Shown here: piece by piece, positions 51,901 to 64,000 of the stretch
Layout: each line of letters opens with the position of its first letter
Numbering within the stretch: the stretch's first letter is position 1
Origin: Octopus sinensis
Lineage: Eukaryota
NCBI RefSeq assembly: GCF_006345805.1
Contig: NC_043018.1
Span: 23,560,001 to 23,624,000 of the forward strand
DNA length: 64,000 nt
Reading direction: 5' to 3'
Made by a program: the position numbers and the translations under genes
Notes under the pieces: generated by a model
Database searches by the model: none
Seen by the model: the letters and a program-made list of their open reading frames with translations, nothing else
What the model was told of the DNA's origin: nothing

Positions 51901-54457
51901 AATATCGTGCCAGTGGCACATAAAAAGCACCATCTGATTGTGGCCGTTTGCCAGCCTCGTCTGGCACGTAAAAAGCACCCACTACACTCACGGAGTGGTT
52001 GGCATTAGGAAGGGCATCCAGCCGTAGAAACATTGCCAGATCAGACTGGGCTTGGTGCAGCCTTCTGGCTTCCCAGACCCCAGTTGAACCGTCCAACCCA
52101 TGCTAGCATGGAAAGCGGACGCTAAATGATGATGATATATACGATGACCTTCTTTCAGTTTCCATCAACAAAATTTACTCAAGGCTTTGGCTAGCCTGAG
52201 GCTATAGTAGAAGACACTTGCCCAAGGTGCCATGCAGTGGGAACTGAACCTGAAACCATATGGTTGGGAACCACGCATCTTACCACACAGCCACGCCTGC
52301 ACCTATATATATAGTTGAAATTTACACAAAAATAAAAGACAAAGACAGGTGTATAAACAATAAACAGGTGCTTGGCGCTCGGGAAGGTGGGAGAGTCTTT
52401 TACGTTTTGAGCCAACACTCTTCAACAGAAAGGAACACAAGGAAATAAACAGAAAGAGAATAAAAAAAACTTGTGGATGTAGCAGTCGGCATTTTGTCCA
52501 TCTTTACATTCTGAGTTCAAATTCTGCTGAAGTTGACTTTGCCTTTCATCTTTTTACCTTTCATAAAATAAGTACCAGTTGAGGTCTGGAGTTGATGTAA
52601 TCAACAGCCCTTCCCTCAAACCTGCAGGCCTTGTGCCAAAATTTGAAATCAATATTATCAACATGTGGAACTGTTAATCCCAACATTTTTTTTTCTCCCT
52701 TTCTCCATTTTTCCTCCCATCCCTTTCTGTCAAACAGCATAGGCTCAAAATGTCAAAGAGAAAGGCTCAAAATGTCGAAGAGCCTCCCATTCTTCCTGAG
52801 CATTAAACTAATACACCTTGTTTGTTGTTGCTTCACCTGTCTTTGTCTTTTGTTTGGACCATATATAAATGTGTGTGTGTGTGTGTGTGTGTGTGCGCGT
52901 ATGTATGTGTGCATGGTTGACAGTTGTCAATTATGGAACACGACTGTCATTACATAAACCTGACGATTGTGTAACACATGAAAGTACTAGTTTATTTCAA
53001 CATTGTAAAACTACAAAAATAGTAAAGAATAAAAAGTGAAAATCAGACTAGGATGACACTCCCAGTATCAGTTTCTTTTATCACTCTTTCTTTCTTTCTC
53101 TCTTCCTCTGTGTGTGTGTCTGTCTGTCTGTCTCTTTCTCTCTCTCTCTCTTCCTTTGTTTGTCTCTTTCTCTTTCTCTCTCTCTCTGTTTTTTTCACTT
53201 TCTCTCTCTGGTTCTTCTGTCATCACTCTTCTCGCATCTATTCAGCCTCTTGGCAATTATGCCTCTAAAGACGTAACATATATTAGTGAGTACTCTTTAA
53301 TTTGAAAGAATTTTGAGGTGTGTATGCAAGTGACATTGAAGAACACACACACATACACAAAAACGGTCTCCATAGAGTTTCTGCCTTCTAAGCTTTCCTT
53401 CACAAAGTATGGGTCAGTCAACGTTTTGAATAGAAGACACTTTGCCAAGGTGCCATGCAGTGTGATGGGACCTCAAACCCCACATTGAAAACACAACCAA
53501 AGATTAAAAAAAAACACTATAAGTTTGAAATAGAGGAGTGAAAACAAATAGGGCCAAATGAGAGCAGATTGGGATGGAGTTTGCTATAGTCAGAAGCCCT
53601 TCCTACAGCCAACCCCCACTTGTTTCCAAGTGAAGTAATAGACTCCCAGTTTATAGAACAACAAACAGCCCAGACACGTTTATGGTGGGGAACTGGAAAC
53701 AAAAAAACAACACTATATGAATAAGTCTTTTGTTTAAAAAGATTGTGCAACATATCAAGAGTTGTCATTCAGCCCAGACATGTTTTTGCAGTGGACTGCC
53801 AGCAAATGACACTGTTAGCAAAACCACTGCTTACAGTAAGTTAGGAAACACTTGTGAGTATGGAAGCAAATATGAACTCACTAACACAATCAAACATGTG
53901 AGTTACCCATGTGTTTTTCTTTCTTGGTTCACCTTTCTTATCTCTTTTCTTTCCTTTTTTTCTCCTCTTCCCTGGACTTTTCTCTGTATATCCAACAAAG
54001 GGACATGACCAACACATTATACTTTTACTCTATAATTTTCCCTTTATAACTTCTTTTACCTTATTTGAGTATCAACATAATAATATTGGTTCCAAATTTT
54101 GGCACAAGGCCAACAATTTCGACCCCCAATATGCAACTGGTACTTAATTTATCAATTCCGAAAGAATGAAAGGCAAGGTCGACCACAGTGGAATTTGAAC
54201 TCAGAACATAGAGATGGAAAAAATGCTACTGAGCATTTTTCCTGGTGTCCTAACAATTGGAAGAAGCAAGGGCAAATAAAACACTTGTAGCGTTTCATCT
54301 GTCTTATGTTCTGAGTTCAAATTCCACCAGAGTCAACTTAGCCTTTGATTCTTTATCAATCTAATAACATTAACTGTTAACCTCCTTTGGACCTTCATTT
54401 TTTTTCTATTTAAATTTGTCTTTTGTTATTGATCTCTCTCTCCCTCTCTCTCTCTAT

Positions 54458-54490
<33 letters not shown>

Positions 54491-54498
54491 TATATATA

Positions 54499-54742
54499 TG
54501 GAGGCGCAATGGCCCAGTGGTTAGGGCAGCGGACTTGCGGTCGTAGGATCGCGGTTTCGATTCCCAGACCGGGCGTTGTGAGTGTTTATAGAGCCAAAAC
54601 ACCTAAAAAGCTCCGGCAGGGGGTGATGATCCCTGCTGTACTCTTTCACCACTCTTTCTTCTGTTGGCCTGCTCGCTTAGCCAACGGGGTGGCATTGTTA
54701 CCAGCGATGTATAACAACATCTGATGGTCTGGTCGGTCATGT

Positions 54743-54745
<3 letters not shown>
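54499..54745 (+). mobile_element. tRNA-derived SINE (family E) with an RTE-like 3' tail
   Basis: Head GGCGCAATGGCCCAGTGGTTAGGGCAGCGGACTTGCGGTC...GGTTTCGATTCCC (A/B boxes); tail ACATCTGATGGTCTGGTCGGTCATGTGA; inserted in (TA)n. Confidence 0.8.
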
Positions 54746-54776
<31 letters not shown>

Positions 54777-55746
54777 CACGCATGCACACACACGTTATAT
54801 ATAAGCACATGCATGGCTGTGCTGTAAGAAGCTTGCTTCCCAACCACATGGTTCCAGGTTCATTCCCACTGCATGCTGCATGGCACATTGGGCAAGTGTC
54901 TTCTACTATAGCCTCAGGCTGACCAAAATTTTAGGAGTGGATTTGGTAGACGAAAACTGAAAGAAGCCTGTCGTATGTGTGTGTGCATGCATGTCTGTGT
55001 TCATCCCCCACCACCACTTGACAACCAGTGTTGGTGTTTATGTTCCCGTAACTTAGCAGTTCAGCAAAAGAGACCAATAGAATAAGTACCAGGCTTAAAG
55101 AAATGAAACAAAAAAAGGAGTATTGGAGTTGATTAGTTCGACTAAAATTCCTCAAAGTGGTGACCATCATCATCATCATTTAGCATCCATTTTCCATGCT
55201 GGCATGGGTTGGATGGTTTGATAGGAGCTGCCAAGGCAGAAGACTGCACCAGGCTTCAGTGTCTGTTCTGGCTGGGTTTTTTATGGTTGGATGGCCTTTT
55301 TAACACCAATGATTCTATAAAGGGAACTGAGAGCATTTTACGTAGCACCAGCACTGGCAAGGTCTGTTTTGGCATCAGGATGATTACACACACATATATA
55401 TTATATACAGTGTACTTTTCCATGATGGCAAGATCAACAAAAAAAGTATTCCATATGGTGAGAAATAAATATTATTTGATAAACACAATATATGTATTTA
55501 TGTGCTACTATTAGTTTTATGTGCTGAGAGCATGCCAAACAGTATTTTTTAGCATGTCTGGTGTCCTAATACAATCATCAGACACTGTCCCCATGCCATA
55601 ATGAACTAAAAATGGGATGATAGGATGAGGGGAAAAAGTGAGAAAAGGCGAGAAAGAAGTAGATATAAAAGGTGAAAGGTTGAGAAAAACCCAGAAAACA
55701 CAAAAGAAATCAGAAAGAAACAAAAGGGAGAATTATATATATATAT

Positions 55747-55777
<31 letters not shown>

Positions 55778-55875
55778 ACGGGAAGCTTTATGAAAATAAA
55801 CAAAAGACGAAGGCAGGTGGAAAACAAACGAACAATTGTATTAGTATGGCGCTCAGGAAATATAAATAAAACAAG

Positions 55876-55913
55876 TCTTTAACGTTTCGAGCCTACGCTC
55901 TTCAACAGAAAGA
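55876..55913 (-). ncRNA. Minimal type-I hammerhead-like motif (A6U core, extra A before stem II)
   Basis: TCTTT-CTGTTGA-A-GAGC gtag GCTC-GAAA-CG-TT-AAAGA; all three stems can form. Confidence 0.55.
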
Positions 55914-57221
55914 TACACAGAGAGAGAAAAACACAGAAAGAAGGAGAAAAAAAAAATGCGTGCAGTAGCTAACGAATCAACATGGCGATATATATATATA
56001 TAAATAAAAATCAATCAACATCAATGGTAATTGTAGCTGTGATACCAGTACCGGTGGCACATAAGAGAACCATCCGAACATGGCCATTGCCAGCGCCGCC
56101 CTGACTGGCTTCCGTGCTGGTGGCACGTAAAAAGCACCCACTACACTCATGGAGTGGTTGGCATTAGGAAAGGCATCCAGCTGTAGAAACATTGCCAGAT
56201 CAGACTGGGCCTGGTGCAGCCTTCTGGCTTCCCAGACCCCAATAGCATCGTCCAACCCATGCCAGCATGGAAAGTGGACGCTAACGATGATGATGATGAT
56301 ATATGTGTGGTGAAGAAGATCATGGGTGCACTTGAGCTACCAGTTCCTATGAAAGAAAAGGAAAACTCTTGTCATCAAAACCTGTCCCTGTGTCTGTTGT
56401 TGAAAGGGTCACTGTACTATTGTGGGTTTAGGCAAGTAAAGTAGGCCAAGCTTAATATCCTCAAGTTGGTCTGCAACTACATTCACATCTGACATGTGGC
56501 ACTCTGTGTACCTGTACAGGCAATACAGGCAACAGTGATTTGATGGAAAGAGTGAGCTAATGTACAGCACAAACGTTTGATCACCATAAATGATTTGTGC
56601 AGGTTGTTCAGAAAAGCAGAGGCTCAATACAATATAGAGTTCTTGTTGCAAAATCTTCATCGGTTAATTATGATGGCAGGGTTCACCGTGTGTGTGTGTG
56701 TGTATTTTTATTAAAACAATGGCTTTGACAAGACTAATTATGTTTCATACCTGCTCTGTCTTTCAAGCCTCTCTCAGTAAAATGGTGGTTTAAGGAAGAG
56801 GACACGTGTGCATGCACACACACACATGCATGCGCATGCACTCACACACACACACACACACACAAATGACTGACTTCTTTCAGTTTCTTATTTCTTTATT
56901 GCCCACAAGGGGCTAAACATAGAGGGGACAAACCAGGACAGACAGACGGATTAAGTCGATTACGTCAACCCCAGTGTGTACTTTATTTATTGACCCCCGA
57001 AAGGATGACAGGCAAAGTCGACCTCAGCGGAATTTGAACACAGAACGTAACGGCAGGTGAAATACCGCTAAGCATTTCGGCCGTCGTGCTAATGATTCTG
57101 CCAGCTCAGCACCTTTGCTGACTTCTTTCAGCTTCTGTCAACCAAATCCACTCTTAACGCTTTGGTTGGCCCAAGGCACATGACAGCTGCCTAAGGGACT
57201 GAACCCAAAACCAGACACAAA

Positions 57222-57760
57222 CTCACCCAGGTGGCAGCCAATTTGTCAGTAATAATGAGAAAATAAGGTACATATTCTTCCTACCCAATTTATACACCCA
57301 TAATCCAACCAATGAATCAAGAAAAGAATCGTAACCAATGAAGAGAATTAGATGAAGTTTCCATGGTGACAGAAGAGACCAAGAATATAAGGGAAAACAA
57401 AAGTGTGGACAAATAGCTCTGGACAACATCAAGAACATCAAGTCAGCAATATTCTGTTTAACAGCATTCATAGAAGGCATTAAGAATACCCTTTGAAGCC
57501 AATATTTGGTAAATACTTCAGCATGATGATGTGGTAGAATGCAATTTTATAGGATTTGAAGAAAGTGAGTTTCATTGTATATTTCAAGGGGCAGGAGGTA
57601 CAGATGTCACTGAAGACAATGTCAACTCCTGGTTGGAAGACACAGAAGACACTGGATACCAAATATTAATGGAAAAAAATAAATTGCTGTTGGTGACAAC
57701 AGTTACTGAGGATGAAGAGGGAAACAATGAATCGTTATTCGTGAAACAAACTCTCTAAAC
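57222..57760 (+). pseudogene. Degraded pogo/Tigger transposase remnant
   Basis: FLPN/(frameshift)TPIIQPMNQ at ~57277-57322 resembles the FLPPNTTS.IQPMDQ motif; downstream WLEDTEDTGYQILME resembles the acidic Tigger C-terminus. Confidence 0.55.
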
Positions 57761-58719
57761 AAACTCGAACACACATACACAAGGTATGTGTGTTGTTAGT
57801 TTGTGGGTTGTGCTAAGTTACTGTGATGTAAACACACCAGCTCCAGTTGTCAAGTGGCAGTGGGGATCAAACAGTGACACCAAAGACACACACACACACA
57901 CACACATACATATTTATGATGGGCTTCTTTTAGTTTCCATCAACCAAATCCACTCACAAGGCTTTGGTCAGCCCAGGGCTATAGTAGAAGACACTTGCCC
58001 AAGGTGCCACGCAGTGGGACTGAACCCGGAACCATGTGGTTGGTAAACAAGCTACTTACCATACAGCCACTCCTGCGCCTATATATATATAGCACCTAGG
58101 TGCAGGTGTGATTGCACCTATACTATATATATATATTTTTGAGTGTTCTGTTCTGTAGTCTCAGCCTGAGACTACAGAACAGAACACTTGCCCATGGTGC
58201 CATATAGAGGGACTGAACCTGAAACCATGTGGTTGGCAACCAAGCTACTTACCACACAGCCATGCCTGTGCCTTTCAAATTTATCCACTCCTTGAAGACA
58301 TCAGGTTCATTTGTTATATTCCACAAGTAAATGAACTTAATTTATGGTATTAACTTTTTAATATTGCATAATGGCCTTTCCAATAATTTTATGAGACTCA
58401 TTACTATGTACCCTTTGTAGTAGATTTATAAGCAGGACAAGTTTAGTTATTTCCTGTAGACTGTCAAAATGACGAACAACCTTCATTGCTGATCAAATCT
58501 TATTGAATTCTCATCAGAGGTGTCTCCATCAATTTGACCAATTCCAAAGAAACCAGTTGCCAATTTGTTTATATATTCAACAATTTCAATAGCTACAGGA
58601 AACTGGAGTGGCTAATTTGCATGACACAAGTGTTAATACTTTATCTAATATGAAGGCCCTGTCAACAAGGGTCTCAGTCTACACAGTATCAAGGTATATA
58701 TGTAACATGCTGGCATGTG

Positions 58720-59056
58720 TTGGACTCAAAGACATACAGCATCTCAAAAGAGTCCAGAAGCTGGCTACCCGCATGGTTCATGGTCTCAAGAATTTGTCTT
58801 ATGAAGAAAGGCTGAAGACGCTCAACCTTTATTCTCTAGAAAAACGCCGCCGCCATGGTGATCTCATTCTCGCTCACAACATCATAAGCGGAAAGTATAA
58901 CCTCTCGAAAGAGCTGTTCTTCACTCCTGCTCCAGAGCGTCGGCTGCGGGGTCATTCCGAAAAGCTCTACCTGCAACGATTTCATCTCAATCGAAGGAGA
59001 GGAGCTTTCTCCGTCCGGGTTGCGGATCTGTGGAACAAGCTGCCAGACGAGATGGT
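58720..59056 (+). mobile_element. CR1-type LINE ORF2 C-terminal fragment
   Basis: KDIQHLKRVQKLATRMVHGLKNLSYEERLKTLNLYSLEKRRRHGDLI...LRGHSEKL...RRGAFSVRVADLWNKLP. Confidence 0.9.
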
Positions 59057-61633
59057 TGGAGATATGCAGCACATTGCTGTACTTGAGAAGACCCGCCCAT
59101 CACAAGAGATTTGAGATCCTAAAAGCAAGGTGCCAGATAAAAAGCAATGGTCTGGGTGCTGGTGCCATATAAAAAAGCATTAGTGATGGTGTCATGTAAA
59201 AACACCCAGTACACTCTGTGGAGTTGCTGACATTATGAAGGGCATCCAGCCATAGAAACCAAGCCAAAACAGCCTATGGAACCTGGTGCGGCCCCTGGCC
59301 TTGCCAGTTCCTGTCAAGCAGTCCAACACATGCCAGCATGGAAAACACATTAAATGATGATGATGATGATGGTGATGATGGTGAACCTATATAGTAGGTT
59401 TAGAGAGCTAATTCAGCTATTTCTCCATAGACTGTTCCTTCTTCCAATTCCCTTCACACCAAACTGATATTCACTGTATCCAACTCAAACCCCACCTCTA
59501 ATAACAAGTCACACTTTTCCCTCAAGTGCACCTGACCCACCCACCTTTTGTATTCCTCTATCCTTTTCTTTCTCTCATACTCTGTACCTAAACCTCACAT
59601 CACTCTCTTTCACTCCCTCACTCTCTCTTTCTCTCACTCAGTCACCTGCTCTCTCTCTCTCTCTTCCTCTCTCTCACTCACTCACATGCTCTCTCTCTCT
59701 CTCTCCCACTCACTCATACTCTCTCTCTTCCCAGATGGAGAAGCCATGTATCTACCTTCAGCAAGATACTTGTTCCAATCCCCACTATCATATGATGTTC
59801 ATATCCCTCAATTATATACCCCATTCACTTGAGTGGGGAGGGAAGGGTCTTGTCTTGCAAGTACTTGATGAACACATCAGTGCTGATGCCATGAAAAAAA
59901 TAACATCCAGTTACACTCTATGGCATGGTTGGAGTCAGGAAAGGCATCCAGCTGCAGAAACTATACTAACTCATCAATTCATGTTGATCCATCCGACCCA
60001 TGCTAGCGAGGAAAACAGGACGTTAAATGATGGTGATGATGTGATATAATGTTTACAGTATTTTCAATGATTTCATTATCATATATAAAGTCCAGTGCTC
60101 TTTTTTTAATTGCCTCTCTGGAAACTTGCAGACCATGTGTCTACACATGAAAACTCCTTATTTCTCTGTCTTGGTAATTATTTCTAACATAAGCACCAAA
60201 GCCAGAGAATTGAGGGAAAGGGGCTCAGTCTAAAATGATGACAAGCAAAGCTACCCCTGACAGGATTTGAACTCAGAACATTAAAGAGCCTGGAGAAATA
60301 CAGCAAAGTATTTTATCCAATGCTTTAATGACTCCAACAACTCCATCCCACTTCATAACTGATGTAACAAGCTATTTGGTGATAATTTTCTGATACTTTA
60401 AACTAATAAATATTATTTTTCCTGATGCTTCAAACTGACATTTCTTCAAACTTTTAAAATATCCTTTTGTTTTTGCAAAAACAAAAAACACAAAACAGGC
60501 ACAGGAGTGGCTGTGTGGTAAGTAGCTTGTTTACCAAAATCAAAACAAATCAAAATAGATGAACATCAATGGAATTTGTATCTTTGTGGTACCAGTGCCG
60601 GTGGCACACAAGAAAACCATCCGAACGTGGCCATAGCCAGTACCGCATCGACTGGCCTCCGTGCTGTGGGCACATAACAAACACCATCCGATCGTGGCCG
60701 TTCGCCAGCCTCATCTGGCACCTGTGTCGGTGGCACATAAAAACACCATCCGAGCGTGGCCGTCTGCCAGCCTCGTCTGGCACCTGTGTCAGTGGCATAT
60801 AAAAAACACCATCCGAGCGTGGCCGTTCGCCAGCCTCGTCTGGCACCTGTGTCGGTGGCACATAAAATCACCCACTACACTCTCGGAGTGGTTGGCGTTA
60901 GGAAGGGCATCCAGCTGTAGAAACACTGCCAGATCTGACTGGCCTGGTGCAGCCTTCGGGCTCCCCAGACCCCAGTTGAACCGTCCAACCCATGCTAGCA
61001 TGGAAAGCGGACGTTGAATGATGATGATGATGATGGTTCTGAGTTCATTCCCACTGCGTGACATCTTGGGCAAGTGTCTTCTACTATAGCCTCAGGCCGA
61101 CCAATGCCTTGTGAGTGGATTTGGTAGACGGAAACTGAAAGAAGCCTGTCGTATATGTGTGTATGTGTGTATATGTGTTTGTCCCCCCACCATTGCTTGA
61201 CAACCGATGCTGGTGTGTTTACGTCCCCGTCACTTAGCAGTTCGGCAAAAGAGACCGATAGAATAAGTACTGGGCTTACAAAAGAATAAGTCCCGCGGTC
61301 GATTTGGTCGACTAAAGGCGGTGCTCTAGCATGGCCACAGTCAAATGACTGAAACAAGTAAAAGAGTAAAACAAAATAACACAAAATTTACTTTAAGTAA
61401 AAAAATCGTTTTATTCTTGTTTAATTATATAAATGGTAAACGTGCGACTAAAACACAATCCCTTATTCTGTTAATTAATTGTCTCTGACACAAATCTGTT
61501 CAATTGTCTAATCGTTTACTATTACTAATGACAACCACTACCATCAACACCACAAAATTTGTACAGTACCACAGCTACAACAATCACTGTACTACAACAA
61601 TATCATAACAAGAGACATAGAATAATTACGCAC

Positions 61634-61780
61634 CAGGCCTTTCTGGAAAGTGAATATGTGAAATAGTTGGGGTCGGATTTGTGGGTCGAACAATTGTAGG
61701 TGAAGCAGTGCCTGAAGCATGCGCTGGAGACGGGTTGACTGGTCGCACTCCGTGGGGAGATTCAGCTTCTGCAATCTCAC
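61634..61780 (-). CDS. SPAG17: SPAG17-like exon (Pro-rich)
   Basis: cctttttcatttcag| ... G|gtgcgt; 147 nt, phase 1-1, (G)EIAEAESPHGVRPVNPSPAHASGTASPTIVRPTNPTPTISHIHFPERP. The phase fits the 42695 exon. The ORF track shows a different frame. Confidence 0.75.
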
Positions 61781-62164
61781 CTGAAATGAAAAAGGAAGGC
61801 TTTATTACAAATTGAAAATAAATGAAAATAAAATGAAAAAAAAAAATGGAAAAAAATGAAAAAAAACTGAAAAAAAATTTTTTTTTAAATGAAAAACAAT
61901 TTGAAAAAAATTTTTTTTAATTTTAAAAATGGAAAAAAAATTTTTTTAAATGAAAAAAAAAAAATTAAAAAAATTTTTTTAAATAAATAAAAATATAAAA
62001 ATAAAATAAAGTAAAATATAAAAATAAAAAATAAAAGAAAAAATAAAAGAAAATAAAATTTTTTTAAGTTGAAAAATAAAAAAATAAAATAAAATAAAAT
62101 AAAATAAAATAAAGAAAATATCTTATAATATAATATAATATATATATATATATATACATATATA

Positions 62165-63017
62165 CAAGGGGGTACCCAAAAGAAACCAGAATTTTGCAGT
62201 ATTATTTTAATCACTTAATTTTATGTGTTTACACTTTTATTACCTTCAAAATATTCTCCAATTGAAGCAATTCATCGGTCCAGACGCATTTCCCATTGTT
62301 CAAAGCAGCACTGGACCTCTTGTCAAGCGAAGCCTTTTATCGCCTCCATTATAATTTTGTTCACCTCTTCCATATCTGCAAATTCCATCACTTTCATCAC
62401 CAGTGATGACCTTTGGAAAAAGATCCAGATCAACTTCCAACTGTTCTTTCAGTTCACGATACACATTCAGTCGTGACTACTTTTGATCTTCCATGACCAA
62501 CCAAGGCATAATTTTTCTGCAACTCTTTTCATACGCAATTCCTCACACAAGTTTGTCAACTGTTCGGTGATGGTCCTTCAAGATCAGTTCATGAATTTTC
62601 GTGATGCTTTCATTCATTTGGAAGGTCCATGGTCGTTCTGATCGAGGATGGTCCTCAAGCGACAAGTGACCATTCCTGAACAATGGAAACCGCTCATAAA
62701 TTCGTGTTTTGCTCATGGCAGCGGCCTTGTAAGCTGTTTGAAGCATGACAACTGTTTTGGCCACTGTTTTCCCCGGCAGAAGACAGAATTTCATGGGAGC
62801 ATGCTGTTCCTTCATTTCAACCATCACAAAAATCGACAAACAGGGGTGGAGCACTGCAAAAAAAAAATGCACCGCATGGCAGTATGATCACACTTGACAA
62901 TGCTGGTCAGCAGGCTGATGCCTGAGGATTGCATCAAGTGGTTTCTAGTGGTGGGAGCCTGAACTACAACAGACTTGTCCCACAGAGAATGTTTCCAGTT
63001 ACTTTTCGGTACCACCC
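62165..63017 (-). mobile_element. Internally deleted mariner element
   Basis: Degenerate TIRs (GGGGGTACCCAAAAGAAACCAGAA / TTCCAGTTACTTTTCGGTACC). N-terminal HTH region EQHAPMKFC..GKT...AY...MS..RIYE.F..F..G..SLED.PRS.RP; C-terminal ...CFEQWEMRLDR.IASIGEYFEG. Confidence 0.85.
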
Positions 63018-64000
63018 ACCCACCCACCGTACATCTTCATTATCAACATCATCATCAACAACATGAAAGTAAATAAAGGTGCTCAGGTGTGGCTGTGTGG
63101 TAAGAAACTTGCTTCCCAGCTGCATGGTTCTAGGTTCAATTCCACTGTGTGTCACCTTTTGCAAGTGTCTTCTACTATAGCCTTGGGCTGACGAAAGCCT
63201 TGTGAGTGGATTTGGTAGACAGAAACTGAAAGAAACCTATTTCTTTACTACCTACAAGGAGCTACACACAGAGAGGACAAACAAAGACAAACGGATTAAG
63301 TCGATTATATCGACCCCAGAGCGTAACTGGTACTTATTTAATCAACCCCGAAAGGATGAAAGGCAAAGTCGACCTCGGCGGAATTTGAACTCAGAACGTA
63401 ACGACAGACGAAATACCGCTAAGCATTTCGCCCAGCGTGCTAACGTTTCTGCCAGCTCGCCGCCTTTTGAAAAAAACTGAAAGAAACCTGTCACAAATGT
63501 GTGTGTGTGTGTGTATTTGCCCCCACTTCACCACCACCACCACCATCGCTTGACAACTGGTGTTGGTATGTTTATGTCCCTGTAACTTAACAGTTTGGCA
63601 AGGAGACCGATAAAATAAGTAGCGGACTTAACAAAAGAAGAAAAACGTACTGGGGTCGAATCATTCTATTAAAAACTCTTCAATGCCCCAGCATGGCCAC
63701 AGTCTCATGACCGAAACAAGTAAAAGAGAAAAGATAAATCTGCATGTATGCATGCTTGTACGTGCACGCGGTTCGCATTCACAAACTACACGTTGACCTG
63801 AGGCTATAGTTGGAGACATCTACCCAAGGTTCCAAGCAATAGGATGAGATTTAGAATCTTAATGCTGTGCCAATGTGTGTTGAATAGGTTAACAAACCGA
63901 AATACTTGTATCACTGTCTCCATAGGTTGGACAGACCTGCAAATTTTGATGTTTAACCTTTTAGCATCCACGTTATTCCGTCAAAAGGTAATGCTTATTT

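Noticed and set aside
54499-54575. tRNA gene
   Set aside because: No proper acceptor stem; it continues into a SINE body and LINE-like tail.
56409-56660. Additional SPAG17 exon
   Set aside because: No convincing donor/acceptor pair with compatible phase and no recognisable motif.
58440-58600. Exon candidate (VAIEIVEYINKLATGFFG...)
   Set aside because: In-frame stop before any donor; more likely a decayed transposon.
61810-62160. Phe-rich 109-aa ORF
   Set aside because: Low-complexity A/T tract in the intron upstream of a splice acceptor; may also be poor-quality sequence.

Overview
AT-rich, repeat-dense eukaryotic DNA. The SINE/LINE repertoire and huge (TA)n/(TACA)n tracts look like an octopus (coleoid cephalopod) genome; that assignment is an inference. 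Two genes converge. The last coding exon of an NADH-glutamate synthase (GLT1) is on + at 2379-2545. Four phase-compatible 3' exons of a SPAG17/PF6-like gene are on - (61780-61634, 42695-42589, 41999-41757, 39446-39302), and the last may end at a U12-type donor. Most ORF-track entries are microsatellite or SINE artefacts. The rest of the window is transposon debris: tRNA-derived SINEs, RTE, CR1 and R4/Dong LINE pieces, a maT DD37D element, mariner, a pogo remnant, TTAA and TA MITEs, a Helitron and a Helentron-like element. The most striking unexplained signal is a set of about 13 long fold-back (palindromic) elements plus a ~200-bp dispersed family, mostly sitting next to (TA)n microsatellites. 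Several carry type-I hammerhead-ribozyme architecture with non-canonical cores (e.g. CUGUYGA-A, GUGAACAG), and several share a conserved terminal motif (ATCAAGTRGCCAGCATG). This suggests Penelope-like or retrozyme-like non-autonomous retroelements with atypical ribozymes. All calls come from reading by eye; repeat boundaries are approximate.
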